From: a virus
Length of the DNA: 64,000 nt
IMG/VR virus record: IMGVR_UViG_3300043419_002186
Span: 1 to 64,000 of that record
Reading direction: 5' to 3' (one strand)
The position numbers and the translations under genes are program-made. This document shows, one piece after another, positions 30,719 to 38,758 of this stretch. Positions within the stretch are counted from its first letter, which is position 1. Every line of letters begins with the position of its first letter. The notes beneath the pieces are model-generated. The model saw only the letters and a list, made by a program, of their open reading frames with translations. It ran no database searches and was not told the origin of the DNA.

Positions 30719-31062
30719 TGAACCTGCTCCAGCTCATCGTCATTGCCGGAATCGCTGCCGCTGGCGCCGTCAACGTCGTCCGCGCCGTCGTCCCGACGCT
30801 GTGGCTGCTGGTCAAGCCGTTCTCCTGCGACCTCTGCATGTCGTGGTGGTCGTCTCTCGCCGTCACCATCGCTTACGCGACGGTGAGCCCCGTGACAGTG
30901 CTGGAAGCCGCCATCGCAGTCCTCGGCGGGACCGCCCTCTCGCTCATTCTCGTCAAGCTCGTTGGAGTTCTGTCCGAGTCCCGAATCGATTCGCAGGTTG
31001 CCGACTTGGCCGTCTCGGCTGATACTGGCACTGCAGAAGAGGAGTCCTCCCATGTTCGGTAA
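30718..31062 (+). CDS. Three-TM protein with CxxC
   Basis: KPFSCDLCMSWW between hydrophobic segments. Confidence 0.7.
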   Translation: MNLLQLIVIAGIAAAGAVNVVRAVVPTLWLLVKPFSCDLCMSWWSSLAVTIAYATVSPVTVLEAAIAVLGGTALSLILVKLVGVLSESRIDSQVADLAVSADTGTAEEESSHVR

Positions 31063-31954
31063 CGTAGACCTCATGCACTCTCTCGCGGGCATCGCGAATC
31101 TCAGCGCTGCCCCAGCGTCCGACAAGGGCTTCGCGTCCGCGGCGAAGCGCCTTCCGAAGGAAGCGAAGGCCGAGTACAAGGCCATCGAGGACCGCCTCAA
31201 GTCCGAGATCGACGCCTTCGAGGAGCGACAGAAGGAAGCGCTGGAAAAGCTCAAGGAGAAGCAGCGCGCCGCGCGCAAGGACTTCTTCCGCGCGTTCCCG
31301 CAAGCCCGCTATCTCTCCCCCGCGGAGCTGAAGAAGGCTCGCGAGGTCGTCAGCGCGTTCCTCCTCGGGAAGGAAGCTGGCAGCGAGGACATGAAGACGG
31401 ACGGTCTCTCGCTCGTCGTGGACGGTGCCGAAGTCGCCCGCCGCAACAGCATCAGCGACCGCTTCATCACCGTGTGCCCCGGAGAGTTCGGTGGCAAGGG
31501 CCGCGCCGAGCGTCGCGCCGCGAACGCCATCCTTGAGATGGTCGGCGCTGGCGTGCAGGTCTACGACCGTGACGGCGCCTCGTTCTTCGGCCCCCACGGC
31601 TCGAAGTCGGGCCGCGTGGTGTCGAGCGCGTGCCATCAGGTCGAGGTCGGCAAGAAGCTGCGCGACAGGGCGATGCAGGAAATCTACGGACCCGCCATCG
31701 GCCCCGTGCGGCAGGAGTCGCGTGCTTCGCTCGACACGGGCGAGGGCATTCAGCTCAACCCGCTCGAAGCCCGCGCCATTGACCTTGAGGCCGAGGGCGT
31801 CGCGATGCGCGAGGGCAACCTCAAGCGTTATGGTCGCAAGCTCCGTGGCCGCAAGGCGTATCGTGCGAAGAAGGCCGCTGCCGCTGCCGAAGCTCGCAAG
31901 GCGGCGAAGAAGCCCGCGAAGAAGAAGGCCTCGAAGAAGAAGGCCAAGAAGTAA
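31052..31954 (+). CDS. Protein with histone-H1-like C-terminal tail
   Basis: GAGGAG SD; ends KAAKKPAKKKASKKKAKK. Confidence 0.75.
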   Translation: MFGNVDLMHSLAGIANLSAAPASDKGFASAAKRLPKEAKAEYKAIEDRLKSEIDAFEERQKEALEKLKEKQRAARKDFFRAFPQARYLSPAELKKAREVVSAFLLGKEAGSEDMKTDGLSLVVDGAEVARRNSISDRFITVCPGEFGGKGRAERRAANAILEMVGAGVQVYDRDGASFFGPHGSKSGRVVSSACHQVEVGKKLRDRAMQEIYGPAIGPVRQESRASLDTGEGIQLNPLEARAIDLEAEGVAMREGNLKRYGRKLRGRKAYRAKKAAAAAEARKAAKKPAKKKASKKKAKK

Positions 31955-32031
31955 GCTGAATCGATTCGGGCGTTTGCGCCCATAACCGCGCCCCGTCGGG
32001 CGCAAGTACCCGAAAGGGAAGGAGCACGAAC

Positions 32032-32142
32032 ATGGCGATGAAGATGTGTCAGGTCAAGAAGGGCAAGAAGACGGTCACCAAGAAGGGCTGGCGTATCGCC
32101 AAGGGTGGCCGCTGCGTCAAGGCCAAGAAGCACAAGAAGTAA
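32032..32142 (+). CDS. 36-aa Lys-rich peptide (not in ORF track)
   Basis: AAGGAG SD; MAMKMCQVKKGKKTVTKKGWRIAKGGRCVKAKKHKK. Confidence 0.7.
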   Translation: MAMKMCQVKKGKKTVTKKGWRIAKGGRCVKAKKHKK

Positions 32143-32192
32143 GAACTCCGCGCCGACCCCCCGGCGCACGTCCCGCCACCCCTCGGGACATT

Positions 32193-32233
32193 CGAAGGCC
32201 CGCTCTCCTCACGGAGGCGGGCCTTCGTCTTTT
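32193..32233 (+). terminator. Intrinsic terminator ending the structural arm
   Basis: CGAAGGCCCGC...GCGGGCCTTCG stem followed by TCTTTT at the strand convergence. Confidence 0.75.
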
Positions 32234-32249
32234 CCCGCTGCACTCTCGG

Positions 32250-32564
32250 TTACTTCTCGCGCCTCGGGGTCGTGTCGAGAGGCCTCGATTCGTAGCCCTC
32301 GGGGTGGCTCGCGAAGGGCGCGTCATGCCACCAGTAGCGCATGCGCCGCATGACGGGGCGACCGCTCTCCGAGAAGACCCACTCGTAGGCTCGGCCAAGG
32401 TAGCCGCGCTCGAAGAGGGACAGGAGCGAGTGCTGGACGCTGCGAGGGGACGCGGAGGGGTTCTGCTCCAGCACGGCAGTGAGCGCGTCTTCCGAGAGGA
32501 AGCCCTCGGGATGCGCAACGGCGTAGGCCTCGATGGCGGGGACGGTTCGGTTCGGACGTGCCAT
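32250..32564 (-). CDS. Hypothetical protein (possible winged HTH)
   Basis: Directly downstream of the recombinase; SPRSVQHSLLSLFERGYL. Confidence 0.55.
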   Translation of the reverse strand: MARPNRTVPAIEAYAVAHPEGFLSEDALTAVLEQNPSASPRSVQHSLLSLFERGYLGRAYEWVFSESGRPVMRRMRYWWHDAPFASHPEGYESRPLDTTPRREK

Positions 32565-32566
32565 CT

Positions 32567-33547
32567 CTACTTCTCCCGCGGCGTCAGCACCGCGCCCGCG
32601 CTCGTCTTGTCGAAGGCGTTCTCACGCTTGTCGTACCTGTTCAACGTCTCGACCCGTTTGTGGCCCGTGACCGACATCGTGTCCGCGTCGGAGACCTTGC
32701 GGGCCCTCGCCTCCGTCACGTGGCCGCTGCGAAGCGAGTGGCCCGCGAACTCGCGAGGGTCGAAGCCCGCGCGCCTTGCGGCAATCTTCACGATGACCGC
32801 GATGGCATCCGGCGTCATGCAGCAGTCCTTCGGCTGACTGCTCCTGTTGAAGGGGCGGAAGACGGCTCCCGAATCGATTCGTGCCGCGATGAGCCATGCA
32901 CGAAGCGCCGTCGCCGCACACAGCCCGCCCCCCTCGGTGACGAAGGGAATCGCCTTGAGCATGCCCTCGCCCCGCTGGTCCGTCTTTGAGCGACGCACCG
33001 TGACGAGGACGCCCTGCTCGGACCACTTGAGGTCCTGCATGTCGAGCCCCGCCAGCTCGGACCTGCGGAACGCGCCCGCGTAACCCATGAGGATGATGGC
33101 GCGGGCCCGAAGGCCATCGAGCGTGTTCGGGTTGCAGGTCGAGACCATCTTCTCGACCTTCGCCAGCGTGGCGGGCGCCTTCGCCTGTGTCGCGATGCCG
33201 AAGGTGCGCTCGATGCCCTTCATCACGGCCTTGACCGACTCCGTGGAGCACGGGTTCGGGTGGTTCGCGATGGCGTGCATCTTCGCGATGGCCGCGAGGC
33301 GACGGCGCAGGGTCGCTGGCTTCACCCTCTTCGCGTCGTCCGCGAGGAAGGCGGCGATGGTGACCGGGTTCGCGGGCATCGGCACTGCCTTGTGGGCACG
33401 GCACCAGTCATTGAACTCGGCCCAGTCGGAGGCGTAGGCGCGCCGCGTGTTCTCGGGGATGCTGTCGCGGATGAAGTCGCGAGCCTCCTCGATGGGCTTC
33501 GCAAGTGCCGCGGGGACGGACGAATCGATTCGGATGAGGTCGCTCAT
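32567..33547 (-). CDS. Cre-like tyrosine recombinase
   Basis: NTRRAYASDW N-domain; catalytic R (FRRSEL), K (SKTDQ), HSLR, GH, Y (NRYD). Confidence 0.95.
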   Translation of the reverse strand: MSDLIRIDSSVPAALAKPIEEARDFIRDSIPENTRRAYASDWAEFNDWCRAHKAVPMPANPVTIAAFLADDAKRVKPATLRRRLAAIAKMHAIANHPNPCSTESVKAVMKGIERTFGIATQAKAPATLAKVEKMVSTCNPNTLDGLRARAIILMGYAGAFRRSELAGLDMQDLKWSEQGVLVTVRRSKTDQRGEGMLKAIPFVTEGGGLCAATALRAWLIAARIDSGAVFRPFNRSSQPKDCCMTPDAIAVIVKIAARRAGFDPREFAGHSLRSGHVTEARARKVSDADTMSVTGHKRVETLNRYDKRENAFDKTSAGAVLTPREK

Positions 33548-33584
33548 TCCTGCATGTTATCACGAGCCAAGTCCGACGCCCACC

Positions 33585-33839
33585 TCACACCTGCCTGAGA
33601 CGCCCCGCGACGCACGCACGCACCAGCCGCTCCGCAACCTCGTACTTCTCGACGTAGCCCTCGTCCGTCGCATGGATGCTGACGACGCCCTCGACGCCCG
33701 TCTCTTCCCACCCCGAATCGAGAAGCTGCGGCAGGACCTCGCGGGTGGCCGAGGCGTACACGTGGGGGTAGAGTGCCCATATCGCGATGGCGTCCTGCTT
33801 CGGAAAGCGGGCGCAGTGCTCAAGGAAGGTCGGTGCCAT
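33585..33839 (-). CDS. Hypothetical protein
   Basis: MAPTFLEH...; genome-typical codons; start uncertain. Confidence 0.5.
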   Translation of the reverse strand: MAPTFLEHCARFPKQDAIAIWALYPHVYASATREVLPQLLDSGWEETGVEGVVSIHATDEGYVEKYEVAERLVRACVAGRLRQV

Positions 33840-34421
33840 ATGGGTCGGGGTCTTGCTGGTCTGTCCGCGTACTTTGCTCATCACAGGTCTCCTCGGGGAA
33901 TGGGTGCCGGTCTCGACGAGGCTTCGCCCGCCGTCATCGGCTGGATTGGAATGGACTTCGGTCAGTACCAGCGCGCGTTCCCCCTCGCAGAGGCTCGGGA
34001 CGCGGCTCGGAAGATTGTCGAGGTCTACTTCCGAGGCGCCACGTTCTTCAACAGCACGGGCGCTTGGGAAGGGACCGAGAACGGCGGCATGGCAGTGCAG
34101 CTCTACTCCCCCGTGCGAGGCGACGACGACCCCGCGACGCTGGACTTCATCAACCGCATGCGCGCCGCGGCGTGGCACATCAAGAAGGCCTTCGAGCAGT
34201 ACGCCGTCTCCGTTGTGACGCAGCTCCCCAGCGGGAAGAGCTACGTCGAGTTCGTGGGAGAGGACACGAAGAAGGTCCCCACCGCTGAGCAGTCGCGCCT
34301 CTACACGAAGAGCGAGTACACGAAGAAGCTCTACCCCGCGCTCAGCAAGTCGCTGCAGCGGGCCCACTCACGAAGGCTCTCGGTGCCGACGGTCGTGGAC
34401 CCGGCGAACCTCGTTCGGTAG
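33840..34421 (+). CDS. Hypothetical protein, isolated + strand gene
   Basis: Typical codon usage; start may be 33840 or 33900. Confidence 0.6.
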   Translation: MGRGLAGLSAYFAHHRSPRGMGAGLDEASPAVIGWIGMDFGQYQRAFPLAEARDAARKIVEVYFRGATFFNSTGAWEGTENGGMAVQLYSPVRGDDDPATLDFINRMRAAAWHIKKAFEQYAVSVVTQLPSGKSYVEFVGEDTKKVPTAEQSRLYTKSEYTKKLYPALSKSLQRAHSRRLSVPTVVDPANLVR

Positions 34422-34450
34422 CGCGCACCCCCCGGCCCCCGGCCAAGTGA

Positions 34451-34482
34451 AAGCCCCCGCCGCCCGAAGGCAGCGGGGGCTT
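34451..34482. terminator. Hairpin between convergent genes
   Basis: AAGCCCCCGC...GCGGGGGCTT; short U tract on the - strand. Confidence 0.6.
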
Positions 34483-34495
34483 CGCCGTTCCAAGG

Positions 34496-34885
34496 TCAGA
34501 CGCGCAGGTGCGAAGGGACCTTCTCGAACTCCCTTCGCATCACATCGTCAAGCGTCGGCCTCGGGTGGTCCCCGTCCCACACGCTCTTCTTCTTCAGCGG
34601 GGCCCGCAGACGGCCCGACTCCTCTCGAAGCTCGCGGCGCACGCGGCCGTCGTAGTCGTCCATGCACTCCTTCGAGCAGAAGAAGCCGAAGGCGTCAGCG
34701 TCCGCCTCTCGCCTCTCGCACTCGATGCACGGGTCCTCCAGCTCGGGCTTCGGCAGCGGCGTCGAGGAGAGCCCCATGTCCAGCCGCGTGTTCCGCAGCA
34801 GGTTCGCGAGGGCACCTGAGAAGGCGCGCTCCTTCAAGTGCTCCTCGACCAGCTCCTTGAGCAGCGCGTCGCACATCATGCACAT
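34496..34885 (-). CDS. Cys-motif hypothetical protein
   Basis: CIEC...FCSKEC. Confidence 0.65.
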   Translation of the reverse strand: MCMMCDALLKELVEEHLKERAFSGALANLLRNTRLDMGLSSTPLPKPELEDPCIECERREADADAFGFFCSKECMDDYDGRVRRELREESGRLRAPLKKKSVWDGDHPRPTLDDVMRREFEKVPSHLRV

Positions 34886-35121
34886 CAGTGGCCTCCCTTC
34901 GGCATCACGGCCGTGCCGCGGATGATGAGCTGCTCCGTGTCACTCGCCTGTCCCCTGTCCTTGCTCCATGGCACGTGCCCCACCTCGGGTGCCTCGTCCG
35001 AGAGGATGATGTGCGCGCAGTACGTCATGCAGCCCACGAAGACCGCGAGCAGCAGGAGCAGCATCGTCCCGTAGAGCGTGAAGGGGTTCTTCTTCCGAAT
35101 CGATTCGAGTGCTCGTCCCAT
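34885..35121 (-). CDS. Small membrane protein
   Basis: GGAGG SD; one TM segment. Confidence 0.6.
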   Translation of the reverse strand: MGRALESIRKKNPFTLYGTMLLLLLAVFVGCMTYCAHIILSDEAPEVGHVPWSKDRGQASDTEQLIIRGTAVMPKGGH

Positions 35122-35122
35122 G

Positions 35123-35653
35123 TCAGTCCTCCTTCTTGAACGCGTCGAGCCGCTCGAAGCCGCCCTGTCCCTTGAACGCCTCGACCGTCTGCCTCGTCCA
35201 CCACGGGGGCATCGACTCCCCGAAGGACGCGATGCGGTCGCCCTGCCCGATGACACCCCCTACGGGGACCCCGTGCACATTGCGCGCGTGGCAGGTGAGC
35301 ACGTCCGTGTCAGTGCCGACGACGAGGATGGTCACCTCGTAGCCGAAGGCCTCCGCGACCGCGTAGTACGGGGCCACCTCGCCCAGCGACGTGTTCGTGT
35401 TGTCCACGACGACCACGTCGGACTTGGGGTGTTCGGCCACCGCGGCGACGAACGAGCGGATGCACGCCCCGTGTGCCTCGCCCAGCAGCGAGGGGTCGAA
35501 CTTGTAGGTGCGCGTCTCGGGGTGGAGGAAGAAGTCGTCCGCGCTGACGATGACGCCCTGCCCGACGCGGAGACCCGCGACGAGCTGCTGTGCCAGCGTG
35601 CTCTTGCCCGCGCCGCTGACGCCCTGAAGGATGAAGACCTGCCGATTGCCCAT
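35123..35653 (-). CDS. P-loop kinase (AAA_33 / N4BP2-like polynucleotide kinase family)
   Basis: GVSGAGKST, SADDFF, VVVDNTN, RNVHGVP. Confidence 0.85.
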   Translation of the reverse strand: MGNRQVFILQGVSGAGKSTLAQQLVAGLRVGQGVIVSADDFFLHPETRTYKFDPSLLGEAHGACIRSFVAAVAEHPKSDVVVVDNTNTSLGEVAPYYAVAEAFGYEVTILVVGTDTDVLTCHARNVHGVPVGGVIGQGDRIASFGESMPPWWTRQTVEAFKGQGGFERLDAFKKED

Positions 35654-35739
35654 GTCACTACTCCTCGCGGCCTTGGCCGCTTCCTGCATTCCCCCCGCCC
35701 CACAATGGGGCGGGGGGTCGTTCTGTGAATCGATTCGGA

Positions 35740-36369
35740 CTACGCCTCTTTGACGAGGATGAGTGCGCCCGATAGCCCGGTATCCCCAACGCAGACCGCG
35801 TCGGCGCCCTTCTTCTCGGGGTTGAACACCACCGCGGCATTCGAAGGTGAGACGCTGTTGGGGCCGCTCTCAAGCCACACCCAGTTCCTGAGTCCACCGA
35901 AGCCGGGCAGCAGCTCGCTGATGGGCTTCTGCATCGAGAGGGCCTCCTGCAGCTTGAGGAGCCTCCAGCCCTCCTTCGCGAACGCCGCCACGTTGGAGTG
36001 GGTGGCGTGGTCCTTCACGAACCGAAGTCGAAGGCCTCCCCACTTCTCCTCCTGAGTGCCCTCCGAGAGGGGAGGCGCGTAGGTCTCGGGCTTGCCGTAG
36101 GCGTCCACCCTCTCCTGCAGCAGACGGATGAGGTCCTTGTTGTAGCCGGGGCTCATTCCAGCGATGCCCTCGACCACGGGTGCCGCGGGCATGCGGTCGG
36201 TGAACTTCTGCAGGAACTCGACGTGCCTCTCTCGCGTGACGAGGGCCTCGTAGACGATGGTGCCGAGGGCCCCCGCCCCCTTGTGCTGGATGAAGCGGTT
36301 GATGAGGGTGGTGAGCTGTGCGCCGCTGATGGTGTCAGCGAGGGTCGTTTCCGAAATCTCGATCTTCAT
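35740..36369 (-). CDS. Hypothetical protein
   Basis: AGGAG SD before MKIEISE. Confidence 0.65.
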   Translation of the reverse strand: MKIEISETTLADTISGAQLTTLINRFIQHKGAGALGTIVYEALVTRERHVEFLQKFTDRMPAAPVVEGIAGMSPGYNKDLIRLLQERVDAYGKPETYAPPLSEGTQEEKWGGLRLRFVKDHATHSNVAAFAKEGWRLLKLQEALSMQKPISELLPGFGGLRNWVWLESGPNSVSPSNAAVVFNPEKKGADAVCVGDTGLSGALILVKEA

Positions 36370-36435
36370 GTGTCTCTCCTGTCGTTGCCCCCGCCCCACC
36401 ACGGGGAGGGGGGCCATTCGGTGAATCGATTCGAG

Positions 36436-36993
36436 CTAGACGGGGAACGGGTCCGAAATCTCGCCCAGCCTGAAGGCAAGCTCCGCGGCCAGCTCCCCGT
36501 CCGTCAGACGGTCCAGCAGGGCCCTCGCGAAGCAGCTCCTCGCGCCCTCGTAGCTGTCCACGGCACCAGCCTCCGTCGCCAGCGGGTCGAGCAGGTCATC
36601 GAGGTGGAAGTCCTCGCGCTCCAAGGCCTCCTGCACCTGCTTCACGGTGAGGGGCTTGGGCTTTGCGGCCTCGTCCAGCTTCTCCGCGCAGGGGCGGCAG
36701 ACGAGCCCCTCGACGGAGATGCCCGTGGAGGTCTCGAAGGGGCGCGAGGTGAGGTCGAACCACGGGAACTTGCGCCAGCAGCGGGAGCAGTCACGCGGGG
36801 GCTCGGGGGACGGCAGTGGCTTTGAGACGAGGACGGCGGTGGGCACCGCGGCGGGCACTGCGCGCTTCGCCTCGTCCTCGTACTCTTCGCGCTGCACCGC
36901 GAGGCAGGGCTCACAGGTGAGCTGACCCACGACGTTGAGAGTCCCCTCGTCAAAGCCTTCGCCGCACGCCTCGCACACGTTCTCGGTTTCCAT
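36436..36993 (-). CDS. Four-CxxC zinc-finger protein
   Basis: CEAC, CEPC, CSRC, CRPC; GAGGAG SD. Confidence 0.7.
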   Translation of the reverse strand: METENVCEACGEGFDEGTLNVVGQLTCEPCLAVQREEYEDEAKRAVPAAVPTAVLVSKPLPSPEPPRDCSRCWRKFPWFDLTSRPFETSTGISVEGLVCRPCAEKLDEAAKPKPLTVKQVQEALEREDFHLDDLLDPLATEAGAVDSYEGARSCFARALLDRLTDGELAAELAFRLGEISDPFPV

Positions 36994-37176
36994 CTTCAGT
37001 CTCCTCGCGCCCTTGGGCGCTTCCTGTTCGTACTGACGTTCGAGCCTTCCTGCCTCTGACAGGAAGGGTTGGGGTCCATCGGGGGCCCGCCCATCCCCCA
37101 CCACTCTCGGCCTTGGCCTCTGATAATACCCCTTATCGTGGGTCGAGGCTACACCCCGGACCCGGATGGACCCGGC

Positions 37177-37596
37177 TCAGGGCTCGGGGTACAGGCACAG
37201 TCCCATCCCCTCGCGAATGGCTTCGGTGCCTCTCGCGGTGCCCGCGGCCTTCGCACGCACCAGCGACTGCGCGTAGCCCTCCTGTCGGAAGAACTCGCTG
37301 CCACCACCCGCGATGACCCACATGTGGGTCGCACCCTCGGGCCACGAAGGCTGCGGCTGGTCGAAGACGCGGACGAGGATGCACTTGTCCCCGTCGAGGA
37401 TGAGGGCCCTCTCCCAAAAGTCGTTGACCTGCTCCCACTTGCTGGTGAAGAGGCCAGCCACGGGCACCAGCTTGCCCTCGGCCCACTTCGCGTAGGCCTC
37501 TGCGTGGGCGTCGTGCAGCTCGCCGCAGAGGTCGCAGCGCTCGAAGGGCTCGCGCCCATGGGGGCAGGGCCCGAAGAACCAGTCGGGGTTCAGCAT
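37177..37596 (-). CDS. Hypothetical protein
   Basis: ORF with a CPH...CDLC N-terminus. Confidence 0.6.
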   Translation of the reverse strand: MLNPDWFFGPCPHGREPFERCDLCGELHDAHAEAYAKWAEGKLVPVAGLFTSKWEQVNDFWERALILDGDKCILVRVFDQPQPSWPEGATHMWVIAGGGSEFFRQEGYAQSLVRAKAAGTARGTEAIREGMGLCLYPEP

Positions 37597-37790
37597 GCCT
37601 TGTCTCCCTGCGCCTTCTTCAGGCGGCGCACCTCGGCGTTCAGCCGACGCACCTCGACGAGCAGGGCTTCGAAGTTCTGCTTGTGAAGCTCGCGGAACCC
37701 CTCGTCACCCTCCTGCCACTCGTAGAACACCTTCCCCATGATTCGAAGCTGCTTCTCGGTCATGGGTGCCTTCGGCTTGAAGTTGCTCAT
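37590..37790 (-). CDS. Small Ead/Ea22-like protein
   Basis: ALLVEVRRL motif; GGAGGAG SD. Confidence 0.55.
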   Translation of the reverse strand: MSNFKPKAPMTEKQLRIMGKVFYEWQEGDEGFRELHKQNFEALLVEVRRLNAEVRRLKKAQGDKAC

Positions 37791-38209
37791 GTCTCCTCCC
37801 GAATCGATTCGCGGACAGCGTGCTGCCCGCACTCGAAGCACACGGGCGTGTCGCCTTCCCACATGCAGCCCTGCTTCGCCTCGAAGACGCCGCAGGTGCA
37901 CTCGAACCACTCCCCGACGACGAGCACCTTGCGTCTGCGGGGCCCGTACTTGGCGAAGGCCACGGGGACGCCCGCGTCACGGATGCGGACGAGGAGGGTC
38001 CGTCGAGAGCCCGCGTAACTGGAGGCGTACTGCTTTGCCTTGCCCCGCAGCCCCGTGCCGCTCCACGCCTCGTTGCCCGCGAGGATGCTGCACTGATAGT
38101 CGCCCTGCGCGAAGGCCGACAGGTCGATGGGGTTGCCGAAGTGGACGACGTTCTTGCCGTCGTCGTGATGGGGGCTCAGGTGCCCCAGCTCGGGCATGTC
38201 GTAGCTCAT
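37787..38209 (-). CDS. Hypothetical protein with C-terminal Zn finger
   Basis: AGGAG SD; CTC...CFEC. Confidence 0.65.
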   Translation of the reverse strand: MSYDMPELGHLSPHHDDGKNVVHFGNPIDLSAFAQGDYQCSILAGNEAWSGTGLRGKAKQYASSYAGSRRTLLVRIRDAGVPVAFAKYGPRRRKVLVVGEWFECTCGVFEAKQGCMWEGDTPVCFECGQHAVRESIREET

Positions 38210-38210
38210 G

Positions 38211-38720
38211 TCACTGCTCCTTGCGGGGAGTGCGCGCAGTCGGCCCCCCGCCGTGGCACTGCTTGCTGATGGCATCGACGGGGACGAGGCTCTCCTCGAC
38301 GGAGGGGTCGTCCCACTTGACCTTCACGTTCTTGATGCAGCGCAGCGTGACCACCGCGACCACCTCGCCATGCAGGTGCCGCGTGGGCACGGGGCCGATG
38401 GCGTTGATGACCTGCACGCAGACGCGGTCGCCTTCCTTCGGGTCCGCGAGAGAGCCAGCGGCACGGGGGCACTCGTCGTCGTGCCCCTCACCAACGAGGC
38501 ACCAGCAGGAGACGTCCTGCGGACGCTTGGCGATGCCCCACTCGTTCCCCTTGTCGATGAGCGCGCTGCCGTCTCGGAAGACGTAGCGCGTCTGATGCCC
38601 CCGCGTGTCCACGAAGGCGCCATTGCCTGTCGCGAGTGTCTTGAGGTTCTGCCGTCCCACCGCGGGCGTGATGTGCGGTGTGCTGTCGATGCGCTTTGCG
38701 ATGTGCTCTGCCTTGGTCAT
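38211..38720 (-). CDS. Hypothetical protein
   Basis: MTKAEHIAK...; possible SH3/KOW-like C-terminus. Confidence 0.6.
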   Translation of the reverse strand: MTKAEHIAKRIDSTPHITPAVGRQNLKTLATGNGAFVDTRGHQTRYVFRDGSALIDKGNEWGIAKRPQDVSCWCLVGEGHDDECPRAAGSLADPKEGDRVCVQVINAIGPVPTRHLHGEVVAVVTLRCIKNVKVKWDDPSVEESLVPVDAISKQCHGGGPTARTPRKEQ

Positions 38721-38758
38721 TGGGGTGTTCCTGTCCGAATCGATTCGTAGGTTGGGTG

